Made by a program: the position numbers and the translations under genes | Notes under the pieces: model-generated | Told to the model about the DNA's origin: nothing | The model's input: only the letters and a program-made list of their open reading frames with translations | Databases searched by the model: none | Shown here: in pieces, positions 42,334-53,848 of the stretch | Numbering within the stretch: the first letter of the stretch is position 1 | How the letters are laid out: each line of letters starts with the position of its first letter | Assembly: GCA_947085095.1 (NCBI GenBank) | Contig: CAMTVD010000018.1 | Span: 59,074 to 123,073 of the forward strand | Direction of reading: 5' to 3' | Length of the DNA: 64,000 bases | DNA from: an uncultured Thermus sp. | GTDB taxonomy: Bacteria > Deinococcota > Deinococci > Deinococcales > Thermaceae

Positions 42334-43707
42334 ATGTGGCTTACCGACGGGAGAAAAAGCCTCCTTTTGCAGGGGGAGGGCATCGCCCGGGTGGAGGAGG
42401 GCAGGCGGGGCCGCCTTTTTGAGGCCATCACTCCTGGCCTTCAGGACGCCCACGCCCATCCCCTCTACTGGGGGGTGGCCCTCAGGGGTCTGGACCTTTC
42501 CGGCCTCACCCGGCCGGAGGAGGTGGCAAAGCGGGTGGCGGAAAGGGCCAAGGCCCTGCCCCCGGGCACCTGGCTTGAGGGCCAGGGCTTCCTCTTTCCC
42601 AAGCCCCCGCCCCCAGGCCTCCTGGACCGGGCGGCCCCGGAAAACCCCGTCTTCCTGCGAAGCCGGGACTACCATTCCGCCTGGATCAACCGCCAGGCGG
42701 CGGAGAGGGCGGGGTTTACCGCAGAAACCAAGCCCCCGGAAGGCGGGGCCTTCCTCCGGGGTGAGGATGGCGTTCCGTACTTCCTCCTGGAAAGGGCGCA
42801 AGAACTGGTTGTCCCTCACCTCCCCCCGCCCTCCCCCGAGGACCTGGAGCGGGGCCTTAGGGACTTCGCCAAGCGGGGGTACACCGCGGTCCACGCCATG
42901 GGGTATGAGCCCCCGGAGGCCCTGGACTGGGCCCTAAGGATGGAGCTTCCTTTGAGGCTCTGGTGGGCCCTGCCCCGGGGCACCTGGCGGGGAAGGGAGC
43001 CCGGGTGGCGCGGGGAAGTGCACCTGGCCGGGGTGAAGTTCTTCGCCGACGGGGCTTTGGGAAGCCGCACCGCCTGGATGCACGCCCCCTACCCGGACGG
43101 CTCCACCGGCATGCCCCTGGACCCCCTCGAGGCCCTCCTGGAAGAGGGGGAGGCCGCTCTTAAGGCGGGCTTTACCCTGGCCGTCCACGCCATCGGCACC
43201 CGGGCGGTGGAGGGGGTGCTGGAGGTCTTCCATAAGCTTGCCCCTTTGGCCAGGGGAAAAGGGCTCGTTTTGCGGATGGAACACGTCCAGCACGTTCGGG
43301 ACGAGGCCCTTCCCCGTTTTGCGGGGCTTCCCCTCGCCCTTTCCCTCCAGCCCCTCCACCTCCTTCTGGACCAGCGCCTGGTGCGGGCCTACGGCCTCCC
43401 GGAACGGGAAGCCTTCCGCTTCCGGAGCCTCTGGGCCACGGGCCTGCCCCTGGCCTTCGGCTCCGATGCCCCCGTGGCCCCGCCCGAGTACGCCCTCAAC
43501 CTGGAGGCCGCCACCCGCCACCCCCTTTCCCCGGGAGAAAGCCTTTCCCCAGAAGAGGTCCTCCAGGCCCACACCCTGGGGGCGGCCCAGGCGGCGGGCT
43601 GGGAGGATTGCGGTCGGCTTCAGGCGGGGGTGCGGGCGGACCTCACCCTGTGGGAGGGGGGGCGGCCCGTGGGCCGGGTTTACCGGGGGAATCTGGAGCT
43701 CTTTTAG
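42334..43707 (+). CDS. Amidohydrolase_3 (YtcJ-like) metal-dependent hydrolase
   Basis: PG..DAHAH, KFFADGALGSRTA, VHAIG, RMEH.Q, FGSDAPV. Confidence 0.88.
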   Translation: MWLTDGRKSLLLQGEGIARVEEGRRGRLFEAITPGLQDAHAHPLYWGVALRGLDLSGLTRPEEVAKRVAERAKALPPGTWLEGQGFLFPKPPPPGLLDRAAPENPVFLRSRDYHSAWINRQAAERAGFTAETKPPEGGAFLRGEDGVPYFLLERAQELVVPHLPPPSPEDLERGLRDFAKRGYTAVHAMGYEPPEALDWALRMELPLRLWWALPRGTWRGREPGWRGEVHLAGVKFFADGALGSRTAWMHAPYPDGSTGMPLDPLEALLEEGEAALKAGFTLAVHAIGTRAVEGVLEVFHKLAPLARGKGLVLRMEHVQHVRDEALPRFAGLPLALSLQPLHLLLDQRLVRAYGLPEREAFRFRSLWATGLPLAFGSDAPVAPPEYALNLEAATRHPLSPGESLSPEEVLQAHTLGAAQAAGWEDCGRLQAGVRADLTLWEGGRPVGRVYRGNLELF

Positions 43708-43725
43708 CGGGGGTATACTGGCCCC

Positions 43726-44219
43726 GTGTACGGGGTCTTGGTCTGGCCGCCTGAGGACCTCCGGGCCTTCATGGAGGGCCTGATGGAGGCGCACGGGGTG
43801 CGGGGCTTTGGCCCCCCCCATCTGAACCTGCGCCAGCCCTTTGACTGGCCCTATGAAGAGGAGGCCCTGAAGGTGGCCCTTTTGGGCATCCTCCGGGGGC
43901 ATGCCCCTTTCCGGGTGCGCCTCGGGGGGTGGGGGCATTTCCCCCAGGGGGTGGTGTACCTTAGGGCCTACGGGGGGAGGGCCTTCCTTCGGCTTTACCA
44001 CGCCCTCGAGGCCCTGGCCCCGCCCCTTAAGGAGATTGAGGGCCCCAGCTACATCCCCCACCTCACCCTGGCCCTGGGGCTTTCCGAGGAGGCGGCCAAA
44101 TACCTGGCGGAAAGCCTTCCCCCGCCCCCGCGCCGCTCCTTCTTGGTGAAGGAGGTGGCCCTGGTCAGGAGCCAGGAGGAGGGGGACCTCCTGGAGGTGG
44201 CCCGCCTCCCCCTGGGGTC

Positions 44220-44223
<4 letters not shown>
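43726..44223 (+). CDS. 2H phosphoesterase (2'-5' RNA ligase / LigT-like)
   Basis: Paired PHLNL and PHLTL motifs about 80 aa apart. Confidence 0.8.
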
Positions 44224-45571
<1,348 letters not shown>

Positions 45572-45575
<4 letters not shown>

Positions 45576-46696
45576 CGTCCTCCCTCCTTTTTTGCGAAAA
45601 GCACCTTGTACTCCCTCACCAAAAGGGTCTTGAAGTTGCCGAAGTGCGCCTCCAGTAGGGGCTCGTATTTGAGAAAGGGGTTGGCCACAAGGAAAAACCC
45701 ACCGCCCGGCTTCAGCCGGGCCGCCGCCGCCTCCACAAAAGCCTGGGCCACATCCAGGATGACCGCACCCCCCACGTGAAAGGGGGGGTTCGTAACTATG
45801 ATGTCAAACCGATCCTCGGGCGTCAAGGCCTCGTCCACGTCGGAATGGAGGGCCTCCGCCTTGAGGCCATTTGCCCCCAGGCTTCGCCTCAGGGAGAGGA
45901 GGGAGACCAGGTCGTCCTCCACCCCCGTCACCTCCCCCCCCAGGTGGGCCAGGGGCAGGGTGAGGGCCCCGTACCCGGCCCCCAGGTCCAGGACCCGCTT
46001 GCCCCGGAGGGAGGGCACCTCCTGGGACAGGGCCTCGAGGAGGAGGAGGGAGGCCTGGTCCACCCGCCCGGCGGAGAAGACCCCGGGAAGGTGGTGGAAG
46101 GTGAAGCGAGCCCCCAGGATCTGGGCCTGGAAGCTCTGCCAGAGGGGGGGAAGATGAGGGGATTCTTGCTCTTTTTCCAAAAGGGCTACCCGGTAAGGGC
46201 CTTCCCGCCTCAGCACCTCCCCGTAGCCGAAAAGGGCCTTGGCCTCCTTGAAGTAGCGCTCAAAGCCCCTGTTCTTGTCCCCTGCCAGGTAGGCCCTCCC
46301 TCCCATCCGCAGGGCCCGGGCTGCGGAGAGGAGGCTGGCCTCCACGTAGGCCGTTCCCCGGCCTGCGGGCAGGGCCAGGACCACCAGGTCAAAGGCCCCT
46401 TCCTCCGCTTCCCAAGGGGGGGCCAGGCGGGCGTTTAGGCCGCTTCTTTCCAGGCAGCGGAAGGCAGCTTTGGAGGTCTCCAGGCGCTCCACCGCCATCT
46501 TCCCCTCCAGGGGCAGGCTTCCCCAGCCCACCCCGGGGTTCAGGTCCAAGGCCCGCTCCCCGAAGGGGGCCACGGTCTTCTGCAAAAGCTCGTACACCGG
46601 GTCGCGGTAGCCCCGGGCCCCGGGCTTGACGTAGAGCACCCCCCCGGGGCGGGGCAGGGGGGTGAGGCGGTGGTACTCGGCCAGGGTAAGGCCCAC
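45572..46696 (-). CDS. rsmC: 16S rRNA m2G1207 methyltransferase
   Basis: PGVFS...[21 protein letters not shown] start at 46696. Confidence 0.88.
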
Positions 46697-46780
46697 GCTT
46701 TCCCAGGATACGCCCCTTGGGGGAGGAGGGCAAATGTGATAATATTCCTCAGACCGCCCCTTGGGCGGAAAGGAGGGAGC

Positions 46781-47998
46781 GTGGCCCTGGTGGTACAGAA
46801 GTACGGCGGCACCTCGGTGGGCGACCTGGAGCGCATCCACAAGGTGGCCCAGCGCATCGCCCACTACCGGGAGAAGGGGCATAAACTTGCGGTGGTGGTC
46901 TCCGCCATGGGGCACACCACCGACGAGCTCATCGCCCTGGCCAGGCGGGTGAACCCGAGACCCCCTTTTCGGGAGCTGGACCTCCTCACCACCACGGGGG
47001 AGCAGGTCTCCGTGGCCCTCCTTTCCCTGCAGCTTTGGGCCATGGGCATCCCCGCCCGGGGGTTTGTCCAGCACCAGATCGGCATCAGGACGGACGGGCG
47101 CTACGGGGACGCCCGGATCCTGGAGGTGGACCCAAGCCGGATCCAGGAGGCCATGGACCAGGGGTACGTGGCGGTGATCGCCGGCTTCATGGGCACCACC
47201 GAGGAGGGGGAGATCACCACCCTGGGCCGGGGCGGCTCGGACACCACCGCGGTGGCCATCGCCGCCGCCTTGGGGGCCAGGGAGTGCGAGATCTACACGG
47301 ACACGGAGGGGGTCTACACCACCGATCCCCACCTGATCCCCGAGGCCAGGAAGCTAGAGGTCATCGGCTACGACCAGATGCTGGAGATGGCCGCCCTGGG
47401 GGCCAGGGTCCTCCACCCTAGGGCGGTCTACTACGCCAAGCGCTACGGGGTGGTCCTCCACGTGCGCTCCAGCTTTTCCTACAACCCGGGTACCCTGGTG
47501 AAGGAGGTTCCTATGGAGATGGGCAAATCGGTGACGGGCGCGGCCCTGGACCTGGACCACGCCCAGATCGGCCTCATCGGCATCCCTGACCAGCCGGGCA
47601 TCGCCGCCAAGGTCTTCCAGGCCCTGGCGGAAAGGGGCATCGCCGTGGACATGATCATCCAGGGGGTGCCCGGCCACGACCCCTCCCGGCAGCAGATGGC
47701 CTTCACGGTGAAGAAGGACTTCGCCCAGGAGGCCCTCGAGGCCCTGGAACCCGTCCTGGCGGAGATCGGGGGGGAGGCCATCCTCAGGCCCGATATCGCC
47801 AAGGTGTCCATCGTGGGCGTGGGCCTGGCCTCGGCTCCGGAGATCCCCGCCAGGATGTTCCAGGCGGTGGCCTCCGTCGGGGCCAACATAGAGATGATCG
47901 CCACCAGCGAGGTGCGCATCTCCGTCATCATCCCCGCCGCCTACGCCGAGGCCGCCCTGAGGGCGGTGCACCAGGCCTTTGAGCTGGAAAGGGCCTGA
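46781..47998 (+). CDS. ask: Aspartate kinase alpha subunit
   Basis: [26 protein letters not shown], two ACT domains; GGAG RBS before GTG 46781. Confidence 0.96.
   Translation: MALVVQKYGGTSVGDLERIHKVAQRIAHYREKGHKLAVVVSAMGHTTDELIALARRVNPRPPFRELDLLTTTGEQVSVALLSLQLWAMGIPARGFVQHQIGIRTDGRYGDARILEVDPSRIQEAMDQGYVAVIAGFMGTTEEGEITTLGRGGSDTTAVAIAAALGARECEIYTDTEGVYTTDPHLIPEARKLEVIGYDQMLEMAALGARVLHPRAVYYAKRYGVVLHVRSSFSYNPGTLVKEVPMEMGKSVTGAALDLDHAQIGLIGIPDQPGIAAKVFQALAERGIAVDMIIQGVPGHDPSRQQMAFTVKKDFAQEALEALEPVLAEIGGEAILRPDIAKVSIVGVGLASAPEIPARMFQAVASVGANIEMIATSEVRISVIIPAAYAEAALRAVHQAFELERA
47513..47998 (+). CDS. askB: Aspartate kinase beta subunit (nested in-frame start)
   Basis: AAGGAGG RBS at 47501-47507, 5 nt before an in-frame ATG (MEMGKS) at the start of the ACT region; 161 aa. 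Confidence 0.8.
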   Translation: MEMGKSVTGAALDLDHAQIGLIGIPDQPGIAAKVFQALAERGIAVDMIIQGVPGHDPSRQQMAFTVKKDFAQEALEALEPVLAEIGGEAILRPDIAKVSIVGVGLASAPEIPARMFQAVASVGANIEMIATSEVRISVIIPAAYAEAALRAVHQAFELERA

Positions 47999-48101
47999 CG
48001 CCCCAGGGCGGCGCAGGCATGAGGGAGGGGTTGGGGCCAAGGGTCTAGGGTCAGGAGGAGTGCCCTGGCTGGACCCTTGACGCTAGACCCTGGACTCTCT
48101 C

Positions 48102-49085
48102 TTAAATCAGTCCCAGGGCCTTCACCTGGGCCATCTCGTCCAGAAGCTCCTGGGCGGTGATCTCCATGCGCTTGCGGGCGAACTCGTTCACCTCCAGCCC
48201 CTCCACGATCCGGTACGCCCCGCCCTTGGCGGTCACGGGGAAGGAGTAGACGATCTCCTCGGGGATGCCGTACTCCCCCTGGGAGGGCACGGCCATGGAG
48301 ACAAAGTCCCCCTCCGGGGTGCCCAGGGCCCAGTCGCGGATGTGCTCAATGGCGGCGTTGGCGGCGCTGGCGGCGGAGGAGGCCCCCCGGGCCTGGATGA
48401 TGGCGGCGCCCCTCTGGGCCACGGCGGGGATGAACTCCTTCTCGTACCACTCCATGTCCACCCATTCCAGGGCGGGCCTCCCGTCCACCTCCGCGTGGAA
48501 GAGGTCGGGGAACATGGTGGAGGAGTGGTTGCCCCAGACGATCATGCGGCGGATGCGGTCCACGGCCACCCCGGTCTTTTTGCTGAGCTGGGCCTTGGCC
48601 CGGTTGTGGTCCAGGCGGGTCATGGCGGTGAAGTTCCTGGGGTTCAGGCCCTCCGCGTTCTTATAGGCGATAAGGGCGTTGGTGTTGGCGGGGTTGCCCA
48701 CCACCAGGACCTTGACCTCCTTCTTGGCCACCTCCGCCAGGGCCCGGCCCTGCTCGGCGAAGATCCGGCCGTTCATCTCTAGAAGGTCCCGCCTTTCCAT
48801 CCCCGCCTTCCTGGGGGCGGCCCCCACCAGGAGGGCGTAGTCCGCGTCTTTGAAGGCCACCTTGGGGTCATCGGTGGCCTCAATCCCTGCAAGGAGGGGG
48901 AAGGCGCAGTCCTCCAGCTCCATGATGACCCCCTCTAAGGCTCTCAGGGCCTGGGGGATCTCCAGGAGTTGCAGGATCACGGGTTGGTCCTTGCCCAGCA
49001 TCTCCCCCGCGGCGATGCGAAAGAGAAGGCTGTAGCCAATCTGGCCTGCGGCACCGGTCACCGCCACGCGAACAGGGTTCTTCAT
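48102..49085 (-). CDS. mdh: Malate dehydrogenase
   Basis: [40 protein letters not shown]. Confidence 0.97.
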   Translation of the reverse strand: MKNPVRVAVTGAAGQIGYSLLFRIAAGEMLGKDQPVILQLLEIPQALRALEGVIMELEDCAFPLLAGIEATDDPKVAFKDADYALLVGAAPRKAGMERRDLLEMNGRIFAEQGRALAEVAKKEVKVLVVGNPANTNALIAYKNAEGLNPRNFTAMTRLDHNRAKAQLSKKTGVAVDRIRRMIVWGNHSSTMFPDLFHAEVDGRPALEWVDMEWYEKEFIPAVAQRGAAIIQARGASSAASAANAAIEHIRDWALGTPEGDFVSMAVPSQGEYGIPEEIVYSFPVTAKGGAYRIVEGLEVNEFARKRMEITAQELLDEMAQVKALGLI

Positions 49086-49126
49086 CCCTTACCTCCTTTG
49101 GGCCTTCGCCCACAGGGATTCTACCC

Positions 49127-50860
49127 CTAGAGACCCCGGTAGATGCGCCTTTCCGCCTCTATGGCCTGGTCCAGCTCCTGGATCTCCTTGAGGAGGTCCT
49201 GGCTGGGGCTTTGCAGGAGGCGTTCCTTAAGCCTGGCCCGGCGCTCCAGGTAGTAGGCCTCCCGCAGGCGGGCTAGGGCCTTCTCCACCACCTCCTGTAG
49301 GCGGGGGGCTTCCACCTCGGGGGCCATCATTAGCCGCTCCAGCAGGATGCCCCCGGCTTCCTTGCGGCTCAGGACCCCCCGCAGGTAGTCCTTGCGGGGC
49401 TCCCTGCGGGCCAGGTCCAAGAACTCCGCCAAAAGGGAGCCCTCGGGGGGCCAGACGTGGTCGGCCACATAAAGGACCCACTCCTGGAAGCGCTCCTCGG
49501 GGAGGGAGAGGAGGAGGGCGATCACGTCCAGCTCCAAAAGCAGGGTGCGGTTTCTGGGCTCCGCCTTGGGGGGCGGGGGAGGAGGGGGTTTGCCCCGTTT
49601 GCGGGCCTGCAGGTAGTCAGCGAGCTCCTTGGGGGAGAGGCCCAGGCGCTCCACCACGAGGGCCTTGATGCGCTCGGCCACGGGGTCAAAGGGCTCAGGG
49701 GAGAGCATCCTGGGGGTGAGGGCCTCGAGGACCTTTCGCTTGTGCTCGGGCCGGGTGAGGTCCAGACCCTTTACGGCCTCCTGGAAGCGGAACTCCACCT
49801 CGGGGAGGGCTTCCTCCAGGGCTTTTTGGAAGAGCTCCCTTCCCTGGGGGTGGAGGAGAAGCTCCCCGGGGTCCTTGGCGGGGAGGTGCACGGCGTAGAA
49901 GAGGAACCTCCTCGCCATCTCCAGGTTCAGGCTTTGCAGGACGGCCCTCTGACCGGCCTCGTCGGCGTCAAAGGCCAGGTAGACCTCCCCCACCCCCTGG
50001 GTCTTGAGGAGCTGGGCCTGCTCCTCGGAGAGCCCGGAGCCCAGCGCGGCCACCGTCTCGGGAAAGCCCATCTGGTGCAGGGCGATGGCGTCAAAAATCC
50101 CCTCCACCACGATGGCCCGGCCCTCCTTGAGCCTGGCCTTGGCCTCGGGGAAGGCGAAGAGGACCTCCCGCTTGCGGAAAAGGGGGGTTTCCGGGGAGTT
50201 CAGGTACTTGGGGGTCTCGCTCCCCAGAGCCCTCCCCGTGAAGGCCACGATCCGGCCCAGGTGGTCCTTGATGGGGAAGGTGATCCGGTCCCGGAAGCGG
50301 TCGTAGTACCGCCCTTCCTTTTCTGCCAGCACCCCCGCCTTAAGGCCCTCCTCGGGGCTCACCCCGTGGCGGGCCAGGTGGGTGAGGAGGCCGTTCCCTT
50401 TAGGCGGGGCGTAGCCAAGGCCGAAGCGGGCCAGGCTCTCCTCCGCAAGGCCCCGCCCCTTCAGGTAGGTCTGGGCCTCAGGGTGGGCCAGGAGGCCCTC
50501 CTGAAAGTAGGCCTGGGCCAGCTTCAGGACCTCGTAGAGCTCCTTCCGCTTCTCCCCTCCTCCCCCTCGCCGGGGGAGCTCCACCCCGGCCTCCTCCGCC
50601 AGGCGCTCCAGGGCGGTCTGGAAGTCCAGGCCCTCTATCCTCTCCACAAATGCGATGAGGTCCCCCCCCGCCTTGCAGCCAAAGCAGTGGAAGAGACCCT
50701 TCTCCTCGTCCACGTGGAAGGAGGGGGTCTTCTCCTGGTGGAAGGGGCAGAGGCCCTTCCACCTCCCCCGGCCAGCGGGCCTAAGGGCCACGTAGCGGGA
50801 AACCACCTCCTTGAGGGAGAGGCGGCGCTTGATGGCCTCTATTACATGGACCGAGTCCAT
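49127..50860 (-). CDS. dnaG: DNA primase
   Basis: Zn finger [34 protein letters not shown] and FDADEAG. Confidence 0.96.
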   Translation of the reverse strand: MDSVHVIEAIKRRLSLKEVVSRYVALRPAGRGRWKGLCPFHQEKTPSFHVDEEKGLFHCFGCKAGGDLIAFVERIEGLDFQTALERLAEEAGVELPRRGGGGEKRKELYEVLKLAQAYFQEGLLAHPEAQTYLKGRGLAEESLARFGLGYAPPKGNGLLTHLARHGVSPEEGLKAGVLAEKEGRYYDRFRDRITFPIKDHLGRIVAFTGRALGSETPKYLNSPETPLFRKREVLFAFPEAKARLKEGRAIVVEGIFDAIALHQMGFPETVAALGSGLSEEQAQLLKTQGVGEVYLAFDADEAGQRAVLQSLNLEMARRFLFYAVHLPAKDPGELLLHPQGRELFQKALEEALPEVEFRFQEAVKGLDLTRPEHKRKVLEALTPRMLSPEPFDPVAERIKALVVERLGLSPKELADYLQARKRGKPPPPPPPKAEPRNRTLLLELDVIALLLSLPEERFQEWVLYVADHVWPPEGSLLAEFLDLARREPRKDYLRGVLSRKEAGGILLERLMMAPEVEAPRLQEVVEKALARLREAYYLERRARLKERLLQSPSQDLLKEIQELDQAIEAERRIYRGL

Positions 50861-53427
50861 AAAGCCCCCCGCTTACGCCAGAGTCTGCGGACCCACCTTC
50901 CCAGCATACCGTACCCCCGAAGGTCTTCCCATTCGCCTTCCCCCGCCAAGACCGCCTTCCAGCCGCGGGTGAAGGGCAACGAGGGGGTGAATCCCAGGAG
51001 GTGGTCCACCTTTTCCCCGGCCTCGAGGAGGAGCTGGGCCCTGAGGAGCCGCGCCACCTCCAGGTGCACAGCGAAGCCGGTGCGGTGGGTGTGGTAGAGA
51101 AGGTACTGGGAGAGGACCTGGGCCTTCCTGGGGGCCCGAGGCCAGAGGTAGAGGGCCAAGGAAGTGAGGGTGAAGTAGTAGACGTAGGGGTTCGGGAGCC
51201 GTTTGGCCTCTTTCAGCGCCTCCTTGAGGAGGATTACGGGGTTTTCCCCTAGGAGCCAGCGGTGGTGGCCTAGGGCCAAGAGGGTCAGGCCCTTGCCGTC
51301 TGGGTGCTTCAGGGCTTCCTGGAGGAGGTCCTCCCGGAGCCGGCCCTTAAAGGCCCAGGCGGTGAGGAGGGCGGCGGAGAGCCAAGGGTGGGGAGCTTCC
51401 CGGTAGGCGGCCTCCCCCTCCTCCAGGGCCTGCTGGAGGTGGCCCGTTTCCACCAGGAAGCGGATCCTGGTGGCTTGGAAGCGGGCCCTGGCCTCCAGGT
51501 CTCCTTCCTCGGTTTCCGAAAGCAAGGCTTCCGCCTCCCAGTACCGCCCCAGATCCATGAGAAGCCCCGCTCTCAGGCTCCGCCCGTGGAGCTTAAGGTT
51601 TGCCGGGGCCTGGAGGGGAAAGGGGTAGAGCACCTCCAGGGCCCGCCGGGGCTGGAAGGCCCGCCACAGGGCCCCGGCCAAGTGGAGCCGGGCCTGGGCT
51701 TCCTCCTTGGGGTAGGGTTTTAAGCCGGGAAGAAGGGGGAGGAGGTCCTTGGGGTGCTTGGCCTCCCTGAAGGCCTGGAGGACGGGGTCCTCCTTCCTGG
51801 GGCCGGCTTCCGCCTCCGGGCCCAGCCCCAAGGAGGCCAGGGCGTCCTGGAGCTCGGGCCTGAGGGCTTCCTCCAAGGAGGGGTCGGTCTCCATGGCTTC
51901 GCGGTAGAGGGGGAGGGCCTTCTCCGGGTGGCCCTCCCGCCAGGCCTTCTGGGCGAGGAGGCGCAAGGTGAGGGCGGCCCTCCTCGCCTCTCCCGCCTCC
52001 TTCAGGTGCCGGGCCATGGGAAGGAGATCGTTTCGCTCCTGGAAGAGGCGGGCAGCTTCCAGGTGCCAAGCCCGCTTCCTTTCCTCGGGCACCAGGGCCT
52101 GGGCCGCCTGGGCCACCTCGGGCAGGGGGCCTTTTTCCCCCAGAAGCCCTTCCCGCCGTAGCCTTTCTAGGGAAAAGGTGCCCACGATTTCCCCCAGTGG
52201 CCCCTCCGGCACTCCGGCCAGAACCCCCCAGGCGAGGAGGGCCTGGCGCTCCCGGGAGGGGAGGGCGTCCAGGGCAGGCTGCAGGGCGAGAAGAAGGGGG
52301 GTCTTGGTCTCCTTGAGGGCCAGCTGGGGGGAGAAGAGGGGTCTACGGCTCTCCACCAGGAGAAGGAGATTGGGAAAGGGGTGGTTCAGGATGCGTTCCA
52401 GGGTAGGGTCCGGGGTATGCAGGTCCTTGAGGACCAGGAGCAGGGGCTTGGGTAAGCTCTGGAGGACCTGCTGCCAGGCCGTGACCATGGCCTCTTCCAG
52501 GGCTTCCCGCCCCCAGCTGGGCCGGGGCAGGAGGCCCAGGCTGTAGCGCCAGGCCACCTCCAGCTCTGGGGGGAGGGAGAGGTGTCCCAGGAGGGCTTCC
52601 GGGCTGCCAAAGGCCTTTTCCACCGCCTCCAGCAGGCTGGCCCGCAAGGGGGTCTCGGGGCCCATGCGCTCCAGGACCACCGCGGGGAAGGGGGGGTTCT
52701 CCAGGAACTTGTCCAGGAGAAAGCTCTTCCCGCTTCCCGGAGGGCCCACCAGGTTCAGGCGGGCCGGGGGGCTCGCCAAGGCTCGGCGCAGGCTTTGCAG
52801 GTGAGCCTCTCCCTCCGGGTCCAGGGCCAGGCGCACCCGGCGGAGCCGGTGCACCTCCCTGGCCCCCAGGCCCTGCACCTCTCTCAGGCCTAGGGGCTCG
52901 GCCTCGGCCCCAGGGGCCAGGCTCAAGGTGAGGCCCTCGGTCAGGACCTCCCCACTCTTCCCCAGCTTGGAGAGGCGCTCGGCCAGGACCACCGGGGGGC
53001 CCAGGGCCGTGGGCTCTCCCGCCTGGCCGCTCCCCAAGGGGGCCCAGAGGGCTTCTCCGCTGGCCACCCCCGCCCGGGCGGGGAGGGGGGAGGTTTGGAC
53101 CATCCTCAAGGCGGCCTCGAGGGCCCGCCAGGGCTCCCGCCCCCGGGCTTTGGGGGCCCCAAAGAGGACCAGGATCCCGTCCCCCAGAAAGCGGTGGACG
53201 AACCCCCCGTGGGCCCTTGCCGTGCGGGCGGCCTCCTCGAGGGCCTCCTGCAGGTCCTGGTAAGCGGCCTCTAACCCTTCCCGGAAGCGCTCGCTGGAGC
53301 GCACCAGGTCAAAGAAGACCACGCTCACAAAACGCCGCTCCTCGGGCAGGATGGCCCCTAGGGCCCGGCCGCAGGCCATGCAGAACCGGGCTTCTGGGGG
53401 GTTTTTCTGGCCGCAGGCGCAGCGCAT
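50842..53427 (-). CDS. Zinc-ribbon + class III nucleotidyl-cyclase-like + P-loop NTPase + TPR-like protein
   Basis: CxCG..N...FCxxCG, ERRFVSVVFFDL, FLGDG..VLFGAP, Walker A GPPGSGKS, LLVLKDLH, helical C-terminus. Confidence 0.8.
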   Translation of the reverse strand: MRCACGQKNPPEARFCMACGRALGAILPEERRFVSVVFFDLVRSSERFREGLEAAYQDLQEALEEAARTARAHGGFVHRFLGDGILVLFGAPKARGREPWRALEAALRMVQTSPLPARAGVASGEALWAPLGSGQAGEPTALGPPVVLAERLSKLGKSGEVLTEGLTLSLAPGAEAEPLGLREVQGLGAREVHRLRRVRLALDPEGEAHLQSLRRALASPPARLNLVGPPGSGKSFLLDKFLENPPFPAVVLERMGPETPLRASLLEAVEKAFGSPEALLGHLSLPPELEVAWRYSLGLLPRPSWGREALEEAMVTAWQQVLQSLPKPLLLVLKDLHTPDPTLERILNHPFPNLLLLVESRRPLFSPQLALKETKTPLLLALQPALDALPSRERQALLAWGVLAGVPEGPLGEIVGTFSLERLRREGLLGEKGPLPEVAQAAQALVPEERKRAWHLEAARLFQERNDLLPMARHLKEAGEARRAALTLRLLAQKAWREGHPEKALPLYREAMETDPSLEEALRPELQDALASLGLGPEAEAGPRKEDPVLQAFREAKHPKDLLPLLPGLKPYPKEEAQARLHLAGALWRAFQPRRALEVLYPFPLQAPANLKLHGRSLRAGLLMDLGRYWEAEALLSETEEGDLEARARFQATRIRFLVETGHLQQALEEGEAAYREAPHPWLSAALLTAWAFKGRLREDLLQEALKHPDGKGLTLLALGHHRWLLGENPVILLKEALKEAKRLPNPYVYYFTLTSLALYLWPRAPRKAQVLSQYLLYHTHRTGFAVHLEVARLLRAQLLLEAGEKVDHLLGFTPSLPFTRGWKAVLAGEGEWEDLRGYGMLGRWVRRLWRKRGALWTRSM

Positions 53428-53428
53428 C

Positions 53429-53839
53429 TCACTCCCGGAAGAGCATCAAGGGGGGCCAGAGGTGGACCTCGGCCCGCTCGGGCAGGGGGGTTTCGCTATG
53501 GACCAGGAGGGGGATGGGGCCTTCCAAAAGGTAAAACCCTTCCCCCAGGGGCCTGGCCCTTCCCCCCAGGCGGTAGGCGGGGCCTTCCCGCTCCAGAAAG
53601 GGGTCCTGGGAAAGGGGCCTGGCCTCCCGCACCAGGCCGTGGAGCAGGGCCCGAACCCGGCCCGAGGGAGCCGGGGGGGCTCCTCGGTCAAAGGCATAGA
53701 CCACCTGCCCCCTTACCAGGACCTCCAAGAGCGGGCTTCCCCAGGGCTCGGGGAAGAGGTGAACCTCCAGGGCGTGGTCCTGGAAGCGGTGGAAGAAGGT
53801 CTCCGGGCTCTCCTCGAGGGCCATCCCCTTCGGCTGCAT
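53429..53839 (-). CDS. Hypothetical protein
   Basis: Fills the gap between the helicase and cyclase genes; TAAACT box 6 nt before the ATG; stop 1 nt from the next start. Confidence 0.7.
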   Translation of the reverse strand: MQPKGMALEESPETFFHRFQDHALEVHLFPEPWGSPLLEVLVRGQVVYAFDRGAPPAPSGRVRALLHGLVREARPLSQDPFLEREGPAYRLGGRARPLGEGFYLLEGPIPLLVHSETPLPERAEVHLWPPLMLFRE

Positions 53840-53848
53840 AGGAGGAGT

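Noticed and set aside
46697..46780. Lysine riboswitch or leader peptide upstream of ask
   Set aside because: An 84-nt divergent spacer, too short, with only promoter-like AT-rich boxes and an RBS.
46697..47332. N-terminal extension of RsmC (586 aa ORF), and similar extensions of GH2, galT, glpD, herA, gcvPA and ask
   Set aside because: They overlap neighbouring genes; downstream starts with an RBS, -10 box or stop/start coupling fit the family lengths.
48041..48090. Imperfect long hairpin between convergent ask and mdh as an sRNA or repeat element
   Set aside because: Single copy, with no promoter or conserved motif; more simply a weak terminator.
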